From assembly GCA_039794005.1 (NCBI GenBank), contig JBAMMA010000001.1, positions 64,001 to 128,000 of the forward strand: a stretch of 64,000 nucleotides of DNA, in the 5' to 3' direction. The notes beneath the pieces are model-generated. The model was given only the letters and a program-made list of their open reading frames with translations. It made no database searches and was not told the origin of the DNA. This DNA is from Thermoplasmata archaeon (GTDB lineage: Archaea; Thermoplasmatota; Thermoplasmata; Thermoplasmatales; ARK-15). The position numbers were made by a program, and so were the translations under genes. Numbering within the stretch: the first letter of the stretch is position 1; each line of letters starts with the position of its first letter. This document shows positions 50,788 through 59,750 of this stretch, one piece after another.

Positions 50788-51217
50788 TCCTCTAATATTA
50801 TATTATTGATCTAGCAACTGAAATATCAATTGAAGATTTAAAAAGTCATACACAAACATATTCTCAGTGAAGATTAAAAAGTTTATAATAAAAATAATCT
50901 TCAATTTCTATTTTATTAAATTTTATATATACAATTTGATATATTTATTATGCCATTTTAACTTTATATATAAAACTTTTTATGTTGAACTGTCCATACT
51001 TGATATTAATGATCTGATCTAGGAAATTCTTGAACATAAAATTTCTCTTTCGGTATAGTTTACAAAATAAATTCTTGTAAATTTGATTTGATATAAAGAT
51101 AATGATTTAAAAAAATGAATGTGGAAGAAGAATATCTTCATTTATTATTTTTAATAATAGAGAATATTTTCAATATTTCACGATAACTTTTTATTTAAAT
51201 TATTATTCAATTGTTCA

Positions 51218-52129
51218 ATGGAAATATTTGAGATAGGCCGCTGGATAGAAACTCACAGATCAAGATATGACATGTCAAATAGCGGTATGGGTAAAAGAAT
51301 AGATTTAAAAAAATATTTAAATAATTATAAATTTAGAAGTGAAAATGAAGTTAAAGAAATTATTGCAAATCTCTATTCAATAAATTCTGAAGATATTCTT
51401 TTAACACATGGTGCAACTGAAGGATATTCAATATATCTCTTCATAAAAAGAAATAGCATAAAGTGCAAATACATATTACCTGAATATGAATTAATATTCA
51501 AAGTCCCAAAAATTTTTAACATTGAAAGTGGAGATGTACTCTGTGTAAGCAATCCCCACAACCCAACAGGTGAATTTTTGAGCATCAATGAGAGATCTAT
51601 AATTGATGAAACCTTTTTATTTTTTTATGAGGATCCATATAAAATAAAATATAAAGAGAACATTGCCAGAATTAATACATTTACAAAATTCTTTGGAGAT
51701 GAAATAAGGTTGGGTTGGATCATTTCAAATGATACCAATTCAATAGAAGGTCTCAGAGGAATACTGTTTGAAAGAGTATCTTCCATAAATTTAGGAATAG
51801 CATATGAAATGCTTAAAGATTATGACAATATAAAGGATTATTTAAGAGCAATATCAGAAGATAATTTAAATTATATCAAAAAAAATATGGGAAGATTAAA
51901 ATATTACAATGGTTCTAATCCAGTTCCAGGAACTGTTGTTTTTATTGATTATTCTTATTATACAAATTTGGATTCTGTTACTATATCTGAAATGCTTTAT
52001 AAACATGATATTTCAGTGGTTCCTTCGATTTATTTTGGCGTTAACGGAAATTATTTAAGAATATCGTACACTTCAGAGAATTTTAAAGATGGTTTTGATA
52101 AACTTTTAAACTTTTTTGAAAATATTTAA
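51218..52129 (+). CDS. PLP-dependent aminotransferase class I/II (compact)
   Basis: THGATE, SNPHNPTG, IDETF, TFTKFFG (PLP Lys), RLGW, LRIS. Confidence 0.82.
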   Translation: MEIFEIGRWIETHRSRYDMSNSGMGKRIDLKKYLNNYKFRSENEVKEIIANLYSINSEDILLTHGATEGYSIYLFIKRNSIKCKYILPEYELIFKVPKIFNIESGDVLCVSNPHNPTGEFLSINERSIIDETFLFFYEDPYKIKYKENIARINTFTKFFGDEIRLGWIISNDTNSIEGLRGILFERVSSINLGIAYEMLKDYDNIKDYLRAISEDNLNYIKKNMGRLKYYNGSNPVPGTVVFIDYSYYTNLDSVTISEMLYKHDISVVPSIYFGVNGNYLRISYTSENFKDGFDKLLNFFENI

Positions 52130-52199
52130 TTAAATATATATTTATAAAATAAAACTAAAATATTAAATTGTTCTAATCTTTAAAGGATTTGGTGATAGG

Positions 52200-53423
52200 A
52201 TGAAAGATAAGATTGAAATGGATAAGCCGGTAGTAGAAATGGACGGAGATGAAATGACAAGAATTATATGGAAATGGGTTAAAGAAAAATTACTGTATCC
52301 ATATGTGGATCTTAAAACTGAATATTATGATTTGCATGTTTTAAACAGGGATAAAACAAATGATCAAGTAACATACCAATCAGCAGAGGCTGTAAAAAGA
52401 TGGGGTGTTGGAGTTAAGTGTGCAACAATTACACCAAATAAGGAAAGGGTGAAGGAATACAATCTAAAGAAGGAGTGGCCGAGCCCAAATGCAACAATAA
52501 GGAAAATTTTAGATGGTACGGTTTTTAGAGCACCAATTATTGTAAAATCTATAAATCCTGCCGTAAGATTCTGGAAAAAACCAATCGTTGTAGCAAGACA
52601 TGCGTTTGGAGATATTTATGATGGCGTAGGTATAAGGTTTGAAGAGCCCGGTAAAGCTGAAATTATTTACAAATCAAATAGTGGAAAAGAGAAGAGAGTT
52701 GAATTCCCAGAATTCAATTCATCGGGAGTCCTTCAGGGTATTTACAACATAGATAAATCCATTGAAGGATTTGCTAGGGCATCATTCAGATATGCCTTGG
52801 AAAACAAATTGGATTTATGGTTCGCAACCAAGGATACAATATCCAAGGTATATGATGCAAGATTCAAGGAAATATTCAATGAAATTTATGAAAAGGAATA
52901 TAAGGAAAAATTCGAAAATAACAGATTAAATTATAATTATTATTTAATAGATGATGCGGTTGCCCGTGTGGTAAGATCGGAAGGTGGATTTGTCTGGGCA
53001 TGTAAAAATTATGACGGGGATGTATTTTCAGATTTTGTTTCAACCGCATATGTTGGAACATTAGCTCTGATGACATCAGAATTAATGTCCCCCGAGGGAT
53101 ATTATTTATCGGAAGCCGCACATGGAACGGTTCAAAGGCATTATTACAGATACATAAAGGGAGAAAAAGTATCTACAAATCCAACCGCTATTATATATGC
53201 ATGGACAAGAGCTTTAAAGAAAAGGGGGGAGTTGGATAAAAATGATGATTTGGTTAATTTCTCAATAACTCTGGAAAAAGCTGTTCTCAAGACAATTGAA
53301 GATGACAAGATAATGACTCAAGATATGGCGAAAATAACTGAACCTCCAATTGATAATTATGTAGATACTGAACAATTCATAAATGCCATCAAGAATAATT
53401 TAGAGAAAATGCTAAAAAAATAA
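52200..53423 (+). CDS. icd: NADP-dependent isocitrate dehydrogenase (type II, eukaryote/Thermotoga-like)
   Basis: VEMDGDEMTRIIW, KCATITP, SPNATIR, RHA, KNYDGDV, EAAHGTVQRHY, STNP. Confidence 0.95.
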   Translation: MKDKIEMDKPVVEMDGDEMTRIIWKWVKEKLLYPYVDLKTEYYDLHVLNRDKTNDQVTYQSAEAVKRWGVGVKCATITPNKERVKEYNLKKEWPSPNATIRKILDGTVFRAPIIVKSINPAVRFWKKPIVVARHAFGDIYDGVGIRFEEPGKAEIIYKSNSGKEKRVEFPEFNSSGVLQGIYNIDKSIEGFARASFRYALENKLDLWFATKDTISKVYDARFKEIFNEIYEKEYKEKFENNRLNYNYYLIDDAVARVVRSEGGFVWACKNYDGDVFSDFVSTAYVGTLALMTSELMSPEGYYLSEAAHGTVQRHYYRYIKGEKVSTNPTAIIYAWTRALKKRGELDKNDDLVNFSITLEKAVLKTIEDDKIMTQDMAKITEPPIDNYVDTEQFINAIKNNLEKMLKK

Positions 53424-53474
53424 AGCAAATTTTGCTACAAAATATTTAAATTTTATTCAATTTTTAATTTTTAT

Positions 53475-54224
53475 ATGGAAGATGTACTTGAAATAAAGGA
53501 TTTGGTAGCTGAAATTGATGGTAAAAAAATATTGGATGGCGTTAACCTAATAATAAAAAAAGGAGAAATTCATGCCATTATGGGTCCCAATGGTTCAGGA
53601 AAATCTACCTTGGCACGTATTATAATGGGGGATTTTAGATATAAAATAACATCTGGAGATATTTTGTTGAACGGAAAATCTATCAAAGAATTGCCACCAG
53701 AGGAAAGGTCAAAGTTGGGAATATTCATGAGTTTCCAACAACCGATAGAAGTTTCCGGTCTAAAACTTTTTACATATTTAAAGACGATATACTCAATTCA
53801 TAACGATCAAAATATATCATTTCAAGATTTTATAAAATACATTCAAGAGAAGGCCAACAATCTCAGGATAGATTCCTCTATTTTAAGTAGAAATCTGAAC
53901 GAGGGATTTTCAGGAGGAGAGAGAAAAAAGATAGAAATTTTGCAAATGCTCTTGGTAAGACCAAAATTCAGCATAATTGATGAAATAGATTCAGGTTTAG
54001 ATGTAGATTCATTGGAATTGGTTGCAAAATCTATTAACGATATTTATAAGAATGAATTGATAGGCATTATTTTAATTACTCATTACATGAGGATTCTAAA
54101 ATATGTAAAGCCATCTTATGTACATGTATTAATGGATGGAAAGATTGTCAAGAGTGGAGACTATTCATTGGCATTGGAGATTGAGGAGAAGGGATATGAA
54201 TGGATAAGGGAAAAGATGAATTAA
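53475..54224 (+). CDS. sufC: Fe-S cluster assembly ATPase SufC
   Basis: GPNGSGKST, NEGFSGGE, DEIDSGLD, ITHY. Confidence 0.96.
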   Translation: MEDVLEIKDLVAEIDGKKILDGVNLIIKKGEIHAIMGPNGSGKSTLARIIMGDFRYKITSGDILLNGKSIKELPPEERSKLGIFMSFQQPIEVSGLKLFTYLKTIYSIHNDQNISFQDFIKYIQEKANNLRIDSSILSRNLNEGFSGGERKKIEILQMLLVRPKFSIIDEIDSGLDVDSLELVAKSINDIYKNELIGIILITHYMRILKYVKPSYVHVLMDGKIVKSGDYSLALEIEEKGYEWIREKMN

Positions 54225-55615
54225 AATTGGATAATTTAGGGAAGGAGAATTACAACTTTGTTACAAAGGCAAAATATCCACACGTATTTGAGCCCGGTTT
54301 ATCGAGAGAAATAGTAGAAGAGATATCAGAAATAAAAAAGGAACCGGAATGGATGAAAAGAATGAGGTTAAAATCCTATGAAATTTTTGTTTCAAAACCA
54401 ATGCCGAATTGGGGTCCGCCGCTGGATATTGATTTTGATAAGATCAGATATTATGTATTGCCTGATGAAATAAAGGCAAGAAAATGGGAAGACCTTCCGG
54501 AAGAAATAAGGAAAACATACGAGATTTTGGGTGTACCTGAAGCAGAAAGAAAATATTTATCAGGGACTGTAGCAGTCTTGGATTCGGAAGGTGTATATTA
54601 TAACATTAAGAAAAATCTGGAAGAGAAAGGAGTAATAATGATGGACATGGACTCTGCTTTAAAAAAATATCCAGATTTTATAAAACAATATTTTATGCAA
54701 TTGGTTCCTCCATCTGATAACAAATTTGCCGCCCTAAATGGAGCTGTTTGGAGCGGAGGTACCTTTATTTATGTCCCCGAAAATGTAAAGATAGATCTGC
54801 CATTAATGGCCTATTTCAGGATGAACATGGTATCAGAGGGGCAGTTCGAGCATACAATAATAATAGCTGAAAAAAATAGCTATGTAAGTTATATTGAAGG
54901 ATGTACCGCTCCCATTTACAATGAAAATTCATTACACAGTGCTGTTGTTGAAGTCTATGTAAAGGAAGGTGCACATGTAAAATTCACAACAGTTCAAAAT
55001 TGGAGTAAAGATATATATAACCTAAACACAGAAAGGGCCAAAGTTGAAAAAAATGGCAGGATTGAATGGGTAGGTGGCTCACTGGGATCAAAAGTAACAA
55101 TGTTATATCCATCTTCATATCTTGTTGGAGAAAATGCATCCTCTAGCAATTTAAACATATCATTCGCGTCAGATGGTACCTGGAAGGATAACGGAGCAAA
55201 GGTTCTACATCTTGCTCCAAACACCAGCTCAAAGATAATTTCAAAGAGTATAAGCATGAAAGGTGGTGTTTCTGTATACAGGGGACTCGTAAGGATAAAT
55301 AGAGGGGCTGTAAATTCTAAATCTCACACACAATGTGACACTCTTATTTTGGATGATCAATCAACAAATTATACATTCCCACATAATGAAGTGTTAGAAA
55401 ACTCAGCCACTGTTACACATGAAGCATCTGCCGGAAAAATTGGAGAGGAGCAGTTATTTTACCTCATGAGCCGTGGATTGAGCGAGGATGAATCAAGGGC
55501 GTTGATTGTTTTGGGATTTTTGGATGATGTGATGAAAGAAATACCATTGGAATTTTCAATCGAATTGAATAGGTTAATAAGGGTAAAGTTAAAGGAGTTG
55601 GGTGGTACAGGATGA
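54200..55615 (+). CDS. sufB: Fe-S cluster assembly protein SufB
   Basis: DNKFAALN.AVWSGG, GQFEHT, EGCTAP, LHSAVVE, HEAS, FYLMSRGL; no intein. Confidence 0.96.
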   Translation: MDKGKDELKLDNLGKENYNFVTKAKYPHVFEPGLSREIVEEISEIKKEPEWMKRMRLKSYEIFVSKPMPNWGPPLDIDFDKIRYYVLPDEIKARKWEDLPEEIRKTYEILGVPEAERKYLSGTVAVLDSEGVYYNIKKNLEEKGVIMMDMDSALKKYPDFIKQYFMQLVPPSDNKFAALNGAVWSGGTFIYVPENVKIDLPLMAYFRMNMVSEGQFEHTIIIAEKNSYVSYIEGCTAPIYNENSLHSAVVEVYVKEGAHVKFTTVQNWSKDIYNLNTERAKVEKNGRIEWVGGSLGSKVTMLYPSSYLVGENASSSNLNISFASDGTWKDNGAKVLHLAPNTSSKIISKSISMKGGVSVYRGLVRINRGAVNSKSHTQCDTLILDDQSTNYTFPHNEVLENSATVTHEASAGKIGEEQLFYLMSRGLSEDESRALIVLGFLDDVMKEIPLEFSIELNRLIRVKLKELGGTG

Positions 55616-56820
55616 TTGGTGAAAGCAAGATTGTTAAAATTTCTGAATCTTTTGAGGAACCCGAATGGTTATTAAATTTAAGATTAAAAAATCTGGAAAG
55701 GTATTATGAATTGAAAAAGTTAAAAATTTCAGATTCCCCTTTAGAAAAAAGTTATTCAAATTTTAGCATAGATCGATTTTTTTCAGGTATAAGCATAGAA
55801 AGAGGTCTGGGTGGCCAAGTGTACCCTGAAGAGAATTATTTTGTTTTCGATTACAGAGATGAGGGTAATTTAAATTTTTACATAAAAACAGAATTTTATG
55901 AATTAATGGATATTAAATCAGCCATCAAAAATTATCCAGAGATAGTTAAAAATTCAATGGAATACGTTAAAGATTACAACACTGCAATATCTAATGCGAC
56001 ATTTCATGGAGGCCTTTTTGTTAAATTTTTGGATTATAAGAATATATCACATCCATTAAAAATTAAGATTAAATATACAGGGGGATTTTATTCTATTAAA
56101 AATATCATATATGTAGGTAAAAATGTAAATTCTGAATTCATAGAACATTTGCATATGGATCCTGCATTTATGGGTTTGTCGAACACTTATATTTATCATG
56201 ACATAAATTCAAAAATAAAGCATATCACCATGTTGGATGGAAATAGTTGTGAAAATTTAAACATTAAGAATAGCTATCAAGAACCTGGATCATACGATGA
56301 GTGGTATGTGGCCGTAAAGAATTCATCGAGTTCAATAATAAATTCAAACATTGTTTTGAATTCGAAATCAAAATATAAAAATATAACAGCTGTAATTTCA
56401 AAAAATCATGAAATATACGATTTGTCATCAAATATATACCATGTTGGTGAAAATTCTTATAGTGAATCTATAATGAAAATGGTAGCACTGAACGAGTCTA
56501 AAATTGTAAGCAGAGGAATCATCGATATTGATAAAAATGCTAAAGAATCTTACGGTTATTATGGCTCACATTCGATTTTAGTGGATGAAAGGGCCCGCGC
56601 ATATTCTTTGCCATTTTTAAAAATATATGGAGACGGTTCATATGCAAAACATGAATCTACAATATCAAACATCGATGACGAAACGTTATTCTATTTGAAA
56701 AGTCGTGGCCTTGATGAATCTAAATCCAAGGACCTAATAATACAGGGTTTCATTGATCCAATAGTGAGAGAAATTTTGAAATATGAAGGAAAAAGGTTTT
56801 TGGTATATGGTGAAGAGTGA
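55612..56820 (+). CDS. sufD: SufD-family Fe-S cluster assembly protein
   Basis: EPEWL, P.L.I, HES, FYLKSRGL..I.QGF; follows sufB. Confidence 0.88.
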   Translation: MIGESKIVKISESFEEPEWLLNLRLKNLERYYELKKLKISDSPLEKSYSNFSIDRFFSGISIERGLGGQVYPEENYFVFDYRDEGNLNFYIKTEFYELMDIKSAIKNYPEIVKNSMEYVKDYNTAISNATFHGGLFVKFLDYKNISHPLKIKIKYTGGFYSIKNIIYVGKNVNSEFIEHLHMDPAFMGLSNTYIYHDINSKIKHITMLDGNSCENLNIKNSYQEPGSYDEWYVAVKNSSSSIINSNIVLNSKSKYKNITAVISKNHEIYDLSSNIYHVGENSYSESIMKMVALNESKIVSRGIIDIDKNAKESYGYYGSHSILVDERARAYSLPFLKIYGDGSYAKHESTISNIDDETLFYLKSRGLDESKSKDLIIQGFIDPIVREILKYEGKRFLVYGEE

Positions 56821-57816
56821 TTATTCAAATATTATTTCTTTTATTTCCAAAATTCTATCAGGTTTGTAATAAGGATCCTTAACTATTCTCTGTGGCTTTT
56901 TATCAAATATCAATATTTTGTTTGGCTTTCCAGTAAATTTTTGCATTGTTAATGTGGAATATTCAATGACTTTCTCCTCATCGATAGAAAAGTAAAGCCA
57001 AGCTAACCTCATTTCCATCCTTATTGATGGTACTGTTATCATAGCATTATCTGTGCCTATTCCAATTTTTAATTTATCATTTTTGAATTTTTCAACATCA
57101 AATTTATGCTTGAAAAACAAGGTGGAACTTGGACAAATAATAACTGGAATATCATTTTCAATTATCTTTTCAAAATCTTCATGATCTCCATAGTACATAT
57201 GAATAATAAAATCTGGCTTCAATTTCAAAACATCATCGATATTTTCCCTGAAACCTTCACTAACGTGCATTGAAAATAATTTATTATTTTTTTTTGCGTA
57301 TTTTGATACCTTCTCCAAAAATTCAAATGGATAATCATTGATTCCGCTCATTCCAATACCAGAACTTTTTTTTATAATTTCTTCCAACTCATTTTCATTA
57401 TATTCTGAACTGGCGGGCCTGGACAATATAAATGGACGAACATTCCCAAAATCGATGTTTTCCAATAATTTAATTCCTTCAATACCAGATTCTCTAAAAT
57501 CAAAGAATGCACCTACATTTTCATTTTCCATTATTTTTATTGAATATTTTATCCCTTCCCGAATTACATTTTTATTTGTAGAACTCAACATTTTGGATTT
57601 GAAGCCACCGGGTCCTACAAGATTTTTCACATCCAATCTAGGTACTTTATCAATAAATCCATCACCTAAATGTGTGTGGGAATTAACAAAATTTGATGTA
57701 ATTGTAATTTCTGGTTCGACATCTTTCTCTCTTATATAAATGGTTCCATTCTCATATTTTAATCTACCAATAACTCCCCTTTCATAAACGGATATAAAGG
57801 CATTATCAAATATCAT
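56821..57816 (-). CDS. Metal-dependent amidohydrolase (deaminase-like)
   Basis: NSHTHLGD, DFRE, MHVSE, IH, CPSS, GTDN. Confidence 0.85.
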   Translation of the reverse strand: MIFDNAFISVYERGVIGRLKYENGTIYIREKDVEPEITITSNFVNSHTHLGDGFIDKVPRLDVKNLVGPGGFKSKMLSSTNKNVIREGIKYSIKIMENENVGAFFDFRESGIEGIKLLENIDFGNVRPFILSRPASSEYNENELEEIIKKSSGIGMSGINDYPFEFLEKVSKYAKKNNKLFSMHVSEGFRENIDDVLKLKPDFIIHMYYGDHEDFEKIIENDIPVIICPSSTLFFKHKFDVEKFKNDKLKIGIGTDNAMITVPSIRMEMRLAWLYFSIDEEKVIEYSTLTMQKFTGKPNKILIFDKKPQRIVKDPYYKPDRILEIKEIIFE

Positions 57817-58559
57817 TTTTTACCTCTCTGGACCAATTCGAATCCATATTCTGTTATTTTAAACGTTTTAACTTCAGGGTTAAATGTTGTACCTCTCATT
57901 TTTAATATCTGCAAAGTTCTTTCATCCATGTTTCTTTTAATTGTCCTTTTCAGTAATATTATACCTCCAGCTAAAATAAACTCTGGCTTAACATTTTCCA
58001 AATTTCCCTCATCTGTGAAAATTGCAGTAACACCTTTCTCAACAAAAAATCTTATGAATTTTGCCATTACAGGATTTCTTGTTTCTGGATCTGCTCCAAA
58101 TCTTTTTAATGTTGTAAATGAATCCATCACTACTCTGTTAAAATTTCTTTCTTTAAATTCCAATTCCAATTTTAACTGAAGACTTTCAAATGTCAGTTCA
58201 CCCTTTTCCATTTTTCTATTTACATTTGAAAGATCTCTAATTTCCCCTTTTGCTGTCATGTCTCTGACGCCTGCTCCAGTTGTATAAAGAGAAGGAGATG
58301 GTACAGCATCCATAACGTTCAATGATAGAAAATTCCATCCGAAAGATTCCGTTATAGGATTCAATATATCGTAGGGTGGTCGGTCTGTGGAAATGTATAA
58401 GCATCTTTCCCCCAACCTTAAACCTTCATATAAAAATTTCAGCGCAAACAATGTTTTTCCAGTACCGGAATCCCCCATTATAAAATAAACTTTATTTTCA
58501 GGTAATCCCCCATTTACCATTTCATCAAACCAATCGATTCCAACTTTTACCCTCGGCAT
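57813..58559 (-). CDS. KaiC/RAD55-like RecA-superfamily ATPase
   Basis: GIDWFDEMVNGG, GDSGTGKT, RVVMDS, LQILKMRG. Confidence 0.88.
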   Translation of the reverse strand: MPRVKVGIDWFDEMVNGGLPENKVYFIMGDSGTGKTLFALKFLYEGLRLGERCLYISTDRPPYDILNPITESFGWNFLSLNVMDAVPSPSLYTTGAGVRDMTAKGEIRDLSNVNRKMEKGELTFESLQLKLELEFKERNFNRVVMDSFTTLKRFGADPETRNPVMAKFIRFFVEKGVTAIFTDEGNLENVKPEFILAGGIILLKRTIKRNMDERTLQILKMRGTTFNPEVKTFKITEYGFELVQRGKK

Positions 58560-58564
58560 TTAGA

Positions 58565-59293
58565 TCACTCCACTGCAAAACCATTATTTTTCAACACAAG
58601 TGATATATTTGTTTTCTTTAAAATATATGATGATTTTACAATTTCTAGTGTATAATCATTTTCATCTTTATCTAACCTTAAAACACTATCCATCATTCTC
58701 ATGATAGTGTTTAAATCATCAAAATCCTCAGCAATAAAGAGAACTGTTGAATTTTCAATATATCTAAAGAAATCAACAAATGCCAGCGCAGCCTCTTCAG
58801 GATCTACGCCTGTAGTATAAAATAGCTTTAAGGATGTTAGAGAATCTATGACAACTCTGGTAAACTTATTCTTTTCCATTATGTTTTTAATAGTAGACCT
58901 GAGATTGAATATATCGATTTCCCTTCCAGTTCCCTTCATCTTTACATCTCTCATCCTAATGACGTCCGTTACCTGTGTAACTTCCCTGTACGGGGCAATC
59001 TCTTTTTTCTTGGACGAAGGAACAGCATCAATTACATTTATTATATCTAAATTCCACTGCATATTTTCAAAATCTTTCTTAACTTCGTATGCGGATTCAT
59101 CCAATGAAACGTATAATACTTCTTCACCTTTTAAAGCCCCATCTATGAGGAATTGTAATCCAATTATTGTTTTCCCAGATCCGGGTTTTCCATACAGTAT
59201 GTTTAATGAATTATCCCTTAATCCCGGATAATAGTTTTCAAGATTTAAAATTCCTAGGGAAACTGGCATTATTGTTTTTATCATAATCATCAT
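58565..59293 (-). CDS. KaiC/RAD55-like RecA-superfamily ATPase (paralog lacking the KxR finger)
   Basis: GKPGSGKT, YVSLDE, RVVIDS; C-terminal LEIVKSS instead of KMRG. Confidence 0.85.
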   Translation of the reverse strand: MMIMIKTIMPVSLGILNLENYYPGLRDNSLNILYGKPGSGKTIIGLQFLIDGALKGEEVLYVSLDESAYEVKKDFENMQWNLDIINVIDAVPSSKKKEIAPYREVTQVTDVIRMRDVKMKGTGREIDIFNLRSTIKNIMEKNKFTRVVIDSLTSLKLFYTTGVDPEEAALAFVDFFRYIENSTVLFIAEDFDDLNTIMRMMDSVLRLDKDENDYTLEIVKSSYILKKTNISLVLKNNGFAVE

Positions 59294-59411
59294 TTAAAAA
59301 TTTTTCATTTTCTGAATAAATTAATAAAGGTTGTTTATATAAAATAATTCATAATTTTCAATCCCTTTTTTAAATGGAAAAAAGTTAATATTTAATTTCA
59401 TTATTACAATT

Positions 59412-59744
59412 ATGACATCTTTAGAAGTTTTGAAGGAAATAGTGAATAAACTTAATAATAACCCAAATGCAAAGGAAGAAGTGAAGGGAACAAAGGATAT
59501 TTTTCAGTTCAAGACAGAAAATCAGAATTATTACCTACAATTTAAAGAAGATGGAAGTGCCGAAGTATATGAGGGTATACATCCATCACCATCTGTAACG
59601 TTGACAGCCAAAGATTCAGATTTCACAGACATAATGACCGGAAAACTGGATGGTGTTAGAGCATTTTTCACTGGGAAATTGAAAATTTCAGGAAACGCGA
59701 TGCTTGCAAATAAATTGGTAAATTTGATGAAAAAGCTGAAGTGA
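59412..59744 (+). CDS. SCP2 sterol/lipid carrier domain protein
   Basis: PSVTLT..DF..GKLDG..AFFTGKLKISGN. Confidence 0.9.
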   Translation: MTSLEVLKEIVNKLNNNPNAKEEVKGTKDIFQFKTENQNYYLQFKEDGSAEVYEGIHPSPSVTLTAKDSDFTDIMTGKLDGVRAFFTGKLKISGNAMLANKLVNLMKKLK

Positions 59745-59750
59745 TCATAG

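Noticed and set aside
29249-55615. Inteins in Lhr, SufB or radical SAM genes
   Set aside because: Protein lengths are normal and no intein splice-junction or LAGLIDADG blocks were seen.
57813-59293. Bona fide circadian clock
   Set aside because: These are single-domain proteins, with no kaiA/kaiB nearby and no recognisable CII phosphosite context; retained only as a KaiC-like signalling candidate.
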